Made by a program: the position numbers and the translations under genes. Shown here piece by piece: positions 1-8,040 of a stretch of 64,000 nt of DNA (its first letter is position 1; every line of letters starts with the position of its first letter). The stretch comes from an uncultured virus (IMG/VR IMGVR_UViG_3300007512_000010) (Duplodnaviria; Heunggongvirae; Uroviricota; Caudoviricetes): positions 1 through 64,000 of the IMG/VR virus record IMGVR_UViG_3300007512_000010; one strand, written 5' to 3'. Below the pieces are notes generated by a model. The model did no database searches. It saw nothing but the letters and a program-made list of their open reading frames with translations, and was not told the origin of the DNA.

Positions 1-1
1 G

Positions 2-952
2 GAGGATTATCGAATTACAGCGGCTGAGGGCCTAGAGGATATTCAGGGAATTCGATTGGCTCGGGACGCCTCGGCAAACCGGTTTGATAGTAATCGTCAG
101 AGCATCCTTAGGGGAGCAAGAGAAGCTTCCGAGATGAGTGGGGGTAGCTGGCGTTATACGAATAGGCTTAAACAAGCTGCCGAGAGATACCACACTGGGC
201 GAGGATCATCAACACGCGCTGGCCGTGGCCGGGAAGGGCGGAGCCTGGAGTATAGCGAAGATTGGCATATCGCTGGTAGGCAGGATTTCATGGATACCAT
301 CCAAATCCGCCTGAGAGGATCAGCGCCCGACGCCGAACCCGAAGATAGACGAGCCGCTATTGATGCTGGTGGCATCATGGATATGGATGACTTCTCTAGG
401 CTGTCCGCAGAGTTGTTGGAAGAAGATGATGCGGGCCTTCGGGATCTTGGTCAGGTGGCTGCACAGGCTGGCCGTTACCGACGAGCCTTCCGTACACGGG
501 GAGGAATGGGTAAAGGACGAGATCAGGTAACAGTGGCTGAGGCACTAGGAATTCGATTTACTGGCTCCTCGGCTACTAACGACAGAGCTTTCCTTCGTAA
601 TGAAGACGGCGGCGTCATGTCTATGCAGTTGGAAGGCCAACTAAGGACAATGGCCCGAGATGCTTTACGGGCTACGTCACCAGATGGTCAAGAGGTCACC
701 AACTCTCAGATCGAAACCCGTATGGGTCAGATGATGAGCGCTATCCGAAGCGGACAGGATGATGGTTACGAGACCCTTACCAGACTTCTGTCTACTCAGG
801 GCGCACCGAGCAATCCCAATGCGAGTGCTAATGCGCCTGGGGGTGCGGGTAATACTAGCCAACTGAGTGCACAAAACGCAGCACTTGCTGGTGAGGTCCA
901 GACGTTGATCTCGACCATCCGCTCAATTAACACACAGACAAGTGGGGGCTAA
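2..952 (+). CDS. C-terminal part of a large protein truncated by the window edge; possibly tape-measure-like
   Basis: The frame is open from base 2 (EDYRITAAEGLEDIQGIRLARD...), so the listed start at 56 is probably internal. Helical A/G/R/S-rich composition. The tape-measure call is an inference from composition and context only. Confidence 0.4.
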   Translation, partial: EDYRITAAEGLEDIQGIRLARDASANRFDSNRQSILRGAREASEMSGGSWRYTNRLKQAAERYHTGRGSSTRAGRGREGRSLEYSEDWHIAGRQDFMDTIQIRLRGSAPDAEPEDRRAAIDAGGIMDMDDFSRLSAELLEEDDAGLRDLGQVAAQAGRYRRAFRTRGGMGKGRDQVTVAEALGIRFTGSSATNDRAFLRNEDGGVMSMQLEGQLRTMARDALRATSPDGQEVTNSQIETRMGQMMSAIRSGQDDGYETLTRLLSTQGAPSNPNASANAPGGAGNTSQLSAQNAALAGEVQTLISTIRSINTQTSGG

Positions 953-954
953 TA

Positions 955-1311
955 ATGTTTAACCCATTAAAGCTATCTCTATCTGGCATTGACGCCATTA
1001 GCAGCATTCTTCAGAGCGAGAAGGATAGGAATCCCTCTGCTCCAAAGGAAGCGTTTGAGAACCAAGAGTTTGAGGGAAACCCCCTTGTCGAGTTTTTAAG
1101 TCACGGTGAGGGGCTTAATGAGATTTCGACAACGTACTCTTTTGGGGATGGTACACACCACATACGAGTTCTAAATCTTGCTTCTCCTGATATTATGCTA
1201 GTACATCAGAGTCGTATGGTGGGCTTCTATAAGAAGCTTGGCTCTGGGCGAGAGATTCGCGAAGTACAGCGGGATGTTAAGAACGTACTCGTGAAAGACG
1301 TGCGGTATTAG
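955..1311 (+). CDS. Hypothetical protein (118 aa)
   Basis: ATG directly after the upstream stop; fills the gap in the gene run. Confidence 0.7.
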   Translation: MFNPLKLSLSGIDAISSILQSEKDRNPSAPKEAFENQEFEGNPLVEFLSHGEGLNEISTTYSFGDGTHHIRVLNLASPDIMLVHQSRMVGFYKKLGSGREIREVQRDVKNVLVKDVRY

Positions 1312-1320
1312 GAACTAATA

Positions 1321-3375
1321 ATGGCCACTAAGGAAGAAATACACCGCTTAGCGGACAAGAAGGGCATCCCTTGGGATAATGACCCTAAGTTCAAGAAGTG
1401 GTCTAAGGGCCTTACGGGCACAGCCTGCTTGGACAAGATGTCTCCGAAGCAGCTTGCTAGAGTAAAGAAAGCGTTATTAGCGGCTAGAGCTAGTAAAGAG
1501 AAAACGGCACTAGCTAACGAGACTAAAGAACATGCACTCATGGGTGCTGGCGCTACTGGTGCACTAACCGGGGCCAAGAAATTCCAGTTAGGAGATTTCA
1601 CTGGTAGGTATACGCTTTATCATGGGACTGACCCCCAAACTGCCGCAAGAATTAGAGCGGAAGGGCTCCTCCCGAAAGGGGCTACTGGCCAAGGGGGCAG
1701 TATCAGCAACATCCTCGACCCTGCTACACAGGGTAGGGGGAAGAACTTAGTCTTCGCCACCAATAGGAGCGGTGGGCTACTTAGCTCTATACACCCACTG
1801 GGGGGAGTAGGAACCGCTCGAACCTATGCGGCGCAGCAAACGGTAATAAAGAAGTATCTCGACAGAGGATTGTCCCCCAAAGAGGCCGTACAAAAGGCAA
1901 GAATAGAACTAGGGATGAACCCTGGGCAGTTCCATACCAAAGGTAAAGTAGTAAAAATGCGTGTCCCTCTAGAGGAGATGCGTGCTGCTGGTAGGATAGT
2001 CCCGAACCCCGAGGTGGTTGATCGGATAGCCGACACCAAACTCATGCATGGCGAGGGATCGGCTCTTCATCGGCTCAATAGGTTCTTCTCTGAGCGGATG
2101 ATGGGTGAGAAAGGCGGTACGTACGCCATTAAAGGCGGAGTTCCAACTAAGTACATCCCTGGGTCTGACGACTATAGTCGAGTCACACTAAAAGAGGTTG
2201 CTAAACATATAAGAGCAAACCCAAGGCTTGTTGCTAGGGGTTCTGGTTCTATCGCTTTGGGTCTCGGTGGGACTGCTTTGCTAGCGTCTCAACTAAAAAA
2301 GCGGTCGGACAGAATCAAAGCGAGCAAGGAGAAGACAGCCGGTAGGCTTGCCGAGGTAATTAAAGCCCTAAAAGGGATGCCTAAGGATGAAGCGGCTGTC
2401 ACCGCGCTTGGCGTGGTCGCCCCAGCGCCAGGAACAAGCGTTGTTTTCCCGGCAGTGTACAAAGGTGTTAAAAGCACAATCAAACATGGCCCCCCTGGAT
2501 CTTCACAGCGCGGGATGCACGACGCTATGAAGAAGTTGTTGGCGCAAAAGCAGGCAGACAAGGATTGGGCAGACCTCCTAACTTGGAAGCTAGGTTCTGT
2601 TACCAAGATGGCAGCGACGGAGAGGGTGCCTATTCCTCGGTTTGAGATAGATATGGACGCTATCATGGCACCCCTGCGGGATAGTCTAAATGAGATCACT
2701 ACATCCGCAAAGCCCAAGAAAGCACCTAAGGTAGATCTAAAAGACATCACTGTTGAGCCTAAGTATCGTGGGCGTACCTGGGCTGGGGGCACAGTCATTT
2801 GGAGGATGAAGCACAAGGGCAAAGAGATTGGCAGCATCACTACAAAAGGCAATCAAGTAAGTTTATCTGGTCTTGATGAGGCTTACCGAGGCCAAGGGCT
2901 TGGTCGGCATATGTACAAAGAAGTCTTACGGAATATGCCGGAAGGCAAGATGTACAGCGACACAGTCTTGTCTGACCAAGGAAGGCGTGCGTGGCGGTCT
3001 CTTCATAATAAGGGGGACGCTAAGGTTCTTCGACAACGACAGTGGCTCGGTGTATCGCGTAGTCCGACGAACTTTGGAGGTAGCCCCCAGCACTTTAATA
3101 CCGGGCTTCGGGCTCACTATCGGGCACGCATCCCCAAGGACCAGATGGCGAAACTTGTCGCCGGATCTCCTGAAGCGATTATTCGTTCAAAGATAGCGCC
3201 AACGCTTGGGGAGAACGTTAGACGGATTGGTACAAAATCGCTTATAGGCGCTCTTGCCGCCTCTTATCTAGGTGCTGCTGGTTACGGTATGTACAACGAG
3301 CTTAAACCTAAAAAGAAGCGTAAGACAAAGCAAGCCTCTGGCATGTGGGCTGTTCTGACTGAGGGGGCCGCATGA
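1321..3375 (+). CDS. Basic multi-module protein with an ADP-ribosyltransferase-like domain and a GNAT acetyltransferase domain, separated by K-x-A motifs
   Basis: LYHGT...IRAEGLLP...LVFATN...ARTYA...VVKMRVP (about 1609-2200) fits an ART/PARP-like fold. EIGSI...LDEAYRGQGLGRHMY...SDTVLSDQGRRAW (about 2800-3010) contains the GNAT acetyl-CoA motif RGxGxG. ASKEKTA occurs twice, plus TKMAA and TKQAS. Confidence 0.7.
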   Translation: MATKEEIHRLADKKGIPWDNDPKFKKWSKGLTGTACLDKMSPKQLARVKKALLAARASKEKTALANETKEHALMGAGATGALTGAKKFQLGDFTGRYTLYHGTDPQTAARIRAEGLLPKGATGQGGSISNILDPATQGRGKNLVFATNRSGGLLSSIHPLGGVGTARTYAAQQTVIKKYLDRGLSPKEAVQKARIELGMNPGQFHTKGKVVKMRVPLEEMRAAGRIVPNPEVVDRIADTKLMHGEGSALHRLNRFFSERMMGEKGGTYAIKGGVPTKYIPGSDDYSRVTLKEVAKHIRANPRLVARGSGSIALGLGGTALLASQLKKRSDRIKASKEKTAGRLAEVIKALKGMPKDEAAVTALGVVAPAPGTSVVFPAVYKGVKSTIKHGPPGSSQRGMHDAMKKLLAQKQADKDWADLLTWKLGSVTKMAATERVPIPRFEIDMDAIMAPLRDSLNEITTSAKPKKAPKVDLKDITVEPKYRGRTWAGGTVIWRMKHKGKEIGSITTKGNQVSLSGLDEAYRGQGLGRHMYKEVLRNMPEGKMYSDTVLSDQGRRAWRSLHNKGDAKVLRQRQWLGVSRSPTNFGGSPQHFNTGLRAHYRARIPKDQMAKLVAGSPEAIIRSKIAPTLGENVRRIGTKSLIGALAASYLGAAGYGMYNELKPKKKRKTKQASGMWAVLTEGAA

Positions 3376-5846
3376 GCAAATCCGATAATAACGATAGTGC
3401 TGCTCCCGCATTAGTGGGTGGAGTAGCGGGCGTACTTCCCTTTGCTGGGGCAGTTGGTGACCGGAATGTAATGAGCCCCGCACAGGGTCCACAGGTTAAA
3501 TCGCTTAAGCAGTTGGCTAGTAAGGCCAAGCCCGGTGATGTTCTTATGGCTGGAGCGCCAGGAACAACTGTCCGAGGAGCCTTCAATAAGGCGTTTATCA
3601 ATTTAGGTATTGGTCGACCTGCTGCGTATCACCCCACTATTGTGGAAGGCATTTCTCCTGATGGTCGCCTTACTATTTTGGAGCACGGGCCAAAGGGTGG
3701 TTGGCAACGCAAAACATTATCGGCTAATAGCGCTTCAAGCCTAAGCCTACTTAGACCAAAAGATGGAACGCGTGCCTTAGGCACCGTCCAAACTGCCCAA
3801 CGATACGTCGCTGCCAATGAAAGCTTGGGCAAAGCCCTGGCAGCTAGAGGGTTGTCACCTGAGCAGGTGACTGCTGTACAAAAGAAGGCGTACTCTCACC
3901 GGTTAAATCCGGCCATCGGCTTTAGAGAACTCTTTTTACCTAAGGTTAGTGAGACAGGGCTAAAGGTTCGTGCCCAGCGCAAGGGGGCTGATCAGGCTCT
4001 TCTACACTTTGAGCAAAACATCGACAACATTGCCGATGAGCTTGCTGGCAAGGTGAAGGCTGGAAAGGGCATTAGTGTTTCTGACCTCAAGTGCCTTGGT
4101 GGTGTGTGCACAACGACAGCCGCTAAAGCAGGAGTTCCGGTAAGAGGTGGAACAACACTGTCTCATGCTTCCCCACGGGATATCCTTGCTTCCGGCCAAC
4201 TTACGAATATTGGTCATAAGCCTGCGGAGGGCTCAACTAGATTGTCCCGCAGGATTTTCCACAAGGCACTTCAGCATGGACCCACTGCTGTTCGTGCTGG
4301 CGCTGGGATTGGCTTGGGAACTTTGGCTTACAAAGGGGCCAAGAAGCTTTGGGGTAATGACGCTAGTAAAACAGCGGCTGTTGCTGCCGCCGCTCCTGCT
4401 GCCGCTGGCGCAAGCTACGGTGGTGAGCTTACTGCTGCGGGTGTTGGTGCTGGCTTGATAGCCCCAAGGGCCACGCAACCATTATTTAGTAAAGAAGTAA
4501 CTCGGTACACACCGGGTAAGCCCATTAATATTTATTACACTGATCCTGCACGGGGTAGAGGACACTTCCAACAAGCGCAGAATATTGCCAAGGCACTAGA
4601 GGCTAGAGGGGTTCCCTACAATCTAGTCAATGTAGAAGAGAAGTTCACGTCGCCAGCAGCAAGAAAGAAGCTGATTGAAACCTACGATAAAGTACGAAGG
4701 GGCGAGATATCTCAAGGTGAGTGGAAGCGGGCTTGGACCCAGTTCTATGCGAAAGAGGTAGATAAGGGTGCTTTGAAAGCACACGCTAAAGCGGGTGGTG
4801 GAACCATCCTGACCAATCCCGGACTTGCTCCTTGGATGCGTGGCGCAGGACCGGCGAACGTTGTTATCTCTGATCCTAGTAAGGCGATGATGGAAACGCC
4901 TTTAGGGACCTCTTGGTCTAGAGCGCAAGACATTAAGTATGTGCCCAAGGGGGTTGAAGGCTATACCGGACAACATGTTCGAAGAGTAGCTAACGTCCCA
5001 GTTGACCCAGGCATGTTCCAGAGAGGAACTACGCCCGTCTTTGGTGCGGGAACAGCAAACGTTACTGTCTCTGGTGGTGGCACAGGAACAGATGTAGTCA
5101 AGCAGGTTCAGCAACTACTTCAGTCAAAGACACAAACCATTGGTGGTAAGCCAATCACCATCCACGCGTTATCGGCAAATATGGCCAAACGCGACCCTAA
5201 ACAGTTTGCTGCGCTGCAGGATCTTGCCAGACAAAATCCGGGCAGGATCAAGGTGCATGGGCTGTTGGAGCCAGAGCAGATCAGGAATGTATTCCAACAG
5301 GCCGACATGAATGTTCTTAGGCCTCATGGAACTATGGGCACTGAGGCTATGCTGGCTAAGAAGCCTATGATTCTTACTGCGCGTGGCGGTGTTGGACCCG
5401 GAGGAAATCTCGCGTGGGCACCGGGCATGAACCTTTCCAATGCACGGAGGTTTCAGCAGTTAACTGATGCACCTATGGCGGGACTTGGTGGGCAAACGAC
5501 ACAAGCGAACCTTGGTCAAGTGTTTGATGAGAGCCTTGGAAAGACAGACGAGCTTGCTAAAGGTGTTCAACGAGGAGCTTCTGGAGTAAAAGACACTGCT
5601 ACTGGAATCGTTGATGATATTATTAAAAACCCTAGAGTAAAGGCTCGTGGAAGGATACCCTTCTCCAAGCCGGTCGCTATGGCTGGTGGTGGTTTGATAG
5701 CCGCTGCTGGAGCTAAAGCGCTGTGGGATAGACATCGAGCTAAAACTGCTGAGGTTTATGAGCTAGATGCTGATATGACTGTCGAAGGCTACCAGAGAGG
5801 GCTGAATAAGGCCTCTGCTGTTATGTCCCTTATTAGTGAGGAATAA
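3372..5846 (+). CDS. Basic multi-module protein with a permuted NlpC/P60 (YiiX/YebB-like) domain and a GT-B glycosyltransferase (GT28/MurG/MGDG-synthase-like) domain
   Basis: KPGDVLM...YHPTIV...VCTT...SPRDIL has the His-before-Cys order of permuted papain-like enzymes. INIYY..GRGHFQQAQNIAKAL, VTVSGGGTG and DMNVLRPHGTMGTEAMLAKKPMIL are GT28-type motifs. The modules are separated by SKTAA, and the second ends at AKTAE. Confidence 0.7.
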   Translation: MSKSDNNDSAAPALVGGVAGVLPFAGAVGDRNVMSPAQGPQVKSLKQLASKAKPGDVLMAGAPGTTVRGAFNKAFINLGIGRPAAYHPTIVEGISPDGRLTILEHGPKGGWQRKTLSANSASSLSLLRPKDGTRALGTVQTAQRYVAANESLGKALAARGLSPEQVTAVQKKAYSHRLNPAIGFRELFLPKVSETGLKVRAQRKGADQALLHFEQNIDNIADELAGKVKAGKGISVSDLKCLGGVCTTTAAKAGVPVRGGTTLSHASPRDILASGQLTNIGHKPAEGSTRLSRRIFHKALQHGPTAVRAGAGIGLGTLAYKGAKKLWGNDASKTAAVAAAAPAAAGASYGGELTAAGVGAGLIAPRATQPLFSKEVTRYTPGKPINIYYTDPARGRGHFQQAQNIAKALEARGVPYNLVNVEEKFTSPAARKKLIETYDKVRRGEISQGEWKRAWTQFYAKEVDKGALKAHAKAGGGTILTNPGLAPWMRGAGPANVVISDPSKAMMETPLGTSWSRAQDIKYVPKGVEGYTGQHVRRVANVPVDPGMFQRGTTPVFGAGTANVTVSGGGTGTDVVKQVQQLLQSKTQTIGGKPITIHALSANMAKRDPKQFAALQDLARQNPGRIKVHGLLEPEQIRNVFQQADMNVLRPHGTMGTEAMLAKKPMILTARGGVGPGGNLAWAPGMNLSNARRFQQLTDAPMAGLGGQTTQANLGQVFDESLGKTDELAKGVQRGASGVKDTATGIVDDIIKNPRVKARGRIPFSKPVAMAGGGLIAAAGAKALWDRHRAKTAEVYELDADMTVEGYQRGLNKASAVMSLISEE

Positions 5847-5847
5847 G

Positions 5848-6363
5848 ATGAACCCTTTAGAGAAATACACGGCCAAGAAGAAGCTTATCGAGAAGCTTGC
5901 CGACATAATGGTTGGTCCACGGAATGACAAGGGTGCTGTAACGACCGCTGGCGGAATATTTATCGGCGTTCCCGGAGACAAGAAGGACCCAGGATACGGA
6001 GCAAAAACCCGGAAAGCGGCTGAGAGAATCTCCGAGCTTATAAAAGAGAAGGGTTCGATCCAACGTGCTAGGCAGGCATACGCCAAAGAGAACCCGTCCC
6101 ACTACATTACAGCGGCGTTTAAGCGCGAGAAGAAGCCCTCGTCAGGGTTCCTTGGGTACAAGAAGTTATTCGGCGGGAAGAAATATAAGTCTTCGGTAAG
6201 CTCGTACGCTGACCGGTCCAAAAAACCAAGGATTTTCGTACGGGCTGGCCAAAGTGCGGGCTACCAGCAAAGATCTCTCTACAGAGAGGTGGCCCGAGGT
6301 TTAAGAGACAACGAACTAAATCAACCCCACGTGGCTAAAAAAGACAGGGTGGTATACGTATGA
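5848..6363 (+). CDS. Basic protein with conserved MxxLEKY leader
   Basis: ATG at 5848 gives MNPLEKYTAKKKLIEKLA, matching the N-termini of the 7013 and 7327 products. K/R-rich. Confidence 0.75.
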   Translation: MNPLEKYTAKKKLIEKLADIMVGPRNDKGAVTTAGGIFIGVPGDKKDPGYGAKTRKAAERISELIKEKGSIQRARQAYAKENPSHYITAAFKREKKPSSGFLGYKKLFGGKKYKSSVSSYADRSKKPRIFVRAGQSAGYQQRSLYREVARGLRDNELNQPHVAKKDRVVYV

Positions 6364-7016
6364 GTACCCCAGAACAATACAACGAACACCAGCAAAAGCT
6401 GGGTCTATTTACAAGTAGTCAGGTTGCACATCTTGTCCGGTTTTGGCAGGAAAACCACAATCTCGAAGCAGATGGGTACTGTGGCCCCAAAACACAGGGT
6501 TCTCTTTTAGACGCTATGTACGACACTACCGAAGAGCCAAGTAGTCTTGGTGCTCTGGCGCTCAATGTAGCGATTGGAGAGATCGGTAATGGCGAAGAAG
6601 GAGGAAATAACTCTGGACAGCATGTGGCAAGATATCACGGAATCGATGATGACGGCGATGATGATGACGATGGTGCTTGGTGCGCTAGCTTTGTTAGTTA
6701 TTGTTGCCGCACTGCGGCTTCTCGGCTCGATATTGATCTTCCCTTTCGCTCTTCCCGTGGTGCTAAGTCGTTGTATAAGAAGATAGGCGAGGCAGGCAGC
6801 TACACAACCAATCCGTTACCGGGTGATGTTGTGTGTTGGGATCGGGGCAAACCGGGTTCTTGGCAAGGCCACATAGGCTTCGTCGAAAAGGTAGAAAACG
6901 GTATTCTATACACTATAGAGGGTAATACAGGTCGTTTCCCTTCAACTGTACATCGAATTAAACATGACTTAGATAGGGAAGACCGCCTTATCGGATTTGC
7001 GAGGATGCCAGCATGA
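6360..7016 (+). CDS. Endolysin-like peptidoglycan hydrolase: N-terminal PG-binding domain plus CHAP domain
   Basis: VRFWQENHNLEADGYCGPKT resembles PG_binding_1. AWCASFVSYC, PLPGDVVCW, GHIGFVE and TIEGNT are CHAP catalytic Cys/His motifs. Confidence 0.88.
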   Translation: MSTPEQYNEHQQKLGLFTSSQVAHLVRFWQENHNLEADGYCGPKTQGSLLDAMYDTTEEPSSLGALALNVAIGEIGNGEEGGNNSGQHVARYHGIDDDGDDDDDGAWCASFVSYCCRTAASRLDIDLPFRSSRGAKSLYKKIGEAGSYTTNPLPGDVVCWDRGKPGSWQGHIGFVEKVENGILYTIEGNTGRFPSTVHRIKHDLDREDRLIGFARMPA

Positions 7017-7327
7017 TGACTGCCTTAGAAAAGTATGCCGCTAAGCGAAAGCTTGCCGCCTTGCTCAAGGAAGCGAAGATCCCTGGCTGGGCTAAGCAGT
7101 TCGCAGTCCAAGATGGAAACATTATTAACATTATCAAATGGCCGAAGTCCAAGAGGTTACAGGCTAAGCTGAAGATGCTTCAGCGTGGTAGGGCTAACGC
7201 ACCCCGACACAGGAAAGGCGGATTTAACCCCTCCTTTGCAGGAAAGCCGGGGTCTGGAAAACCGGAGGGCGGTTGGCCAAAGGGTAGCATGATGGACGAA
7301 TGGCGAAGACAGGCGGGTAGACAATAA
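7013..7327 (+). CDS. Small basic protein with conserved MxxLEKY leader
   Basis: (M)MTALEKYAAKRKLAALLKEA followed by a cationic body; ATGA overlap with the endolysin stop. Confidence 0.75.
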   Translation: MMTALEKYAAKRKLAALLKEAKIPGWAKQFAVQDGNIINIIKWPKSKRLQAKLKMLQRGRANAPRHRKGGFNPSFAGKPGSGKPEGGWPKGSMMDEWRRQAGRQ

Positions 7328-7614
7328 TGAACGCTCTAGAAAAATACGCCGCTAAGAAACACTTAGCGAAGGAACTCCAAAAGGTTGCCTTCCTCGGTGC
7401 TGTCATGAAGGGTGTGAAGGCCGCACGCCATGGCCTGACCCGCGCTCTTCCTCTCACCTCCCCTCTTTCTCGGGGCGCAACAAAGGCAACCGCTGCTGCA
7501 GCCGGGGCGACCGGTGGCGCTGCTGCTGTTGGCGCTGCTGGAAAGGCCGGTGACGCCGTGCTTCGTATGAAACGACGCTGGCAACCTGCGAAGCCACCTG
7601 CGGTGGGGAAGTAG
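7327..7614 (+). CDS. Small basic Ala/Gly-rich protein with conserved MxxLEKY leader
   Basis: MNALEKYAAKKHLAKELQKVA followed by FLGAVMKGVKAARHG...; TAATG overlap. Confidence 0.75.
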   Translation: MNALEKYAAKKHLAKELQKVAFLGAVMKGVKAARHGLTRALPLTSPLSRGATKATAAAAGATGGAAAVGAAGKAGDAVLRMKRRWQPAKPPAVGK

Positions 7615-7656
7615 TGATTAGGTATTTTATTGATTGGTGTACGAACTTAACAAATA

Positions 7657-7671
7657 ATCACGTAACGTGAT
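7657..7671. promoter_or_regulatory. Intergenic palindrome, candidate operator
   Basis: ATCACGT-A-ACGTGAT in the AT-rich gap upstream of the AGGAGG ribosome-binding site of the 7695 ORF. Confidence 0.4.
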
Positions 7672-7694
7672 ATACAACAAAACAGGAGGACAAT

Positions 7695-7805
7695 ATGTCT
7701 GAATTTATGTGGGGCGCAGCTACAGGAGCGGTACTTTCTCCCTTTGCTTGGGAAGGTATCAAGTGGTGTTGGCGCAAGTACACGGCTTTACTCGCTAAGA
7801 AGTAA
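7695..7805 (+). CDS. Small 36-aa putative membrane-associated protein (not in ORF track)
   Basis: MSEFMWGAATGAVLSPFAWEGIKWCWRKYTALLAKK*, preceded by a strong AGGAGG Shine-Dalgarno. Confidence 0.65.
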   Translation: MSEFMWGAATGAVLSPFAWEGIKWCWRKYTALLAKK

Positions 7806-7832
7806 AGACCCTTTTTATTAGGAGATAATACT

Positions 7833-8021
7833 ATGGCTATCAAAGATGCAGTTTCGGCACTAGCGGAAGAGCTAGACAACGCTTTAAGCGATTGTGAAAA
7901 ATTCGAGCGAGGCAACGATGCGGCTGGCCGTCGTGTCCGTTCTACCTTGATGAGCATTTCAAAGGCTTGTAAAGAGTTACGCACGGTTATTCAAGAAGAA
8001 CGAAACGCCCGCAAGGGTTGA
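7833..8021 (+). CDS. Hc1-like (histone H1-like) small nucleoid-associated protein
   Basis: KFERGNDAAGRRVRSTLMSISKACKELR resembles the Hc1-family K..KGNKAAG.R.R...L.....KE.R signature; GGAGA SD. Confidence 0.7.
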   Translation: MAIKDAVSALAEELDNALSDCEKFERGNDAAGRRVRSTLMSISKACKELRTVIQEERNARKG

Positions 8022-8040
8022 TTTATTGTAGGGTGTCGAA

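Larger units (their letters stand above)
5848..7365 (+). repeat. Three copies of a 13-codon N-terminal leader (5848-5886, 7016-7054, 7327-7365); fourth divergent copy at 20610-20648
   Basis: MNPLEKYTAKKKL / MTALEKYAAKRKL / MNALEKYAAKKHL / MRQLEKTAVKRGL. Conserved at protein level with synonymous differences; downstream sequences are unrelated. Confidence 0.85.

Noticed and set aside
1609..2200. tRNA 2'-phosphotransferase (KptA/Tpt1) call for the LYHGT...GL domain
   Set aside because: It shares the ART-fold opening motif but lacks the Tpt1 N-terminal domain and the R..VHLS motif; left as generic ART-like.
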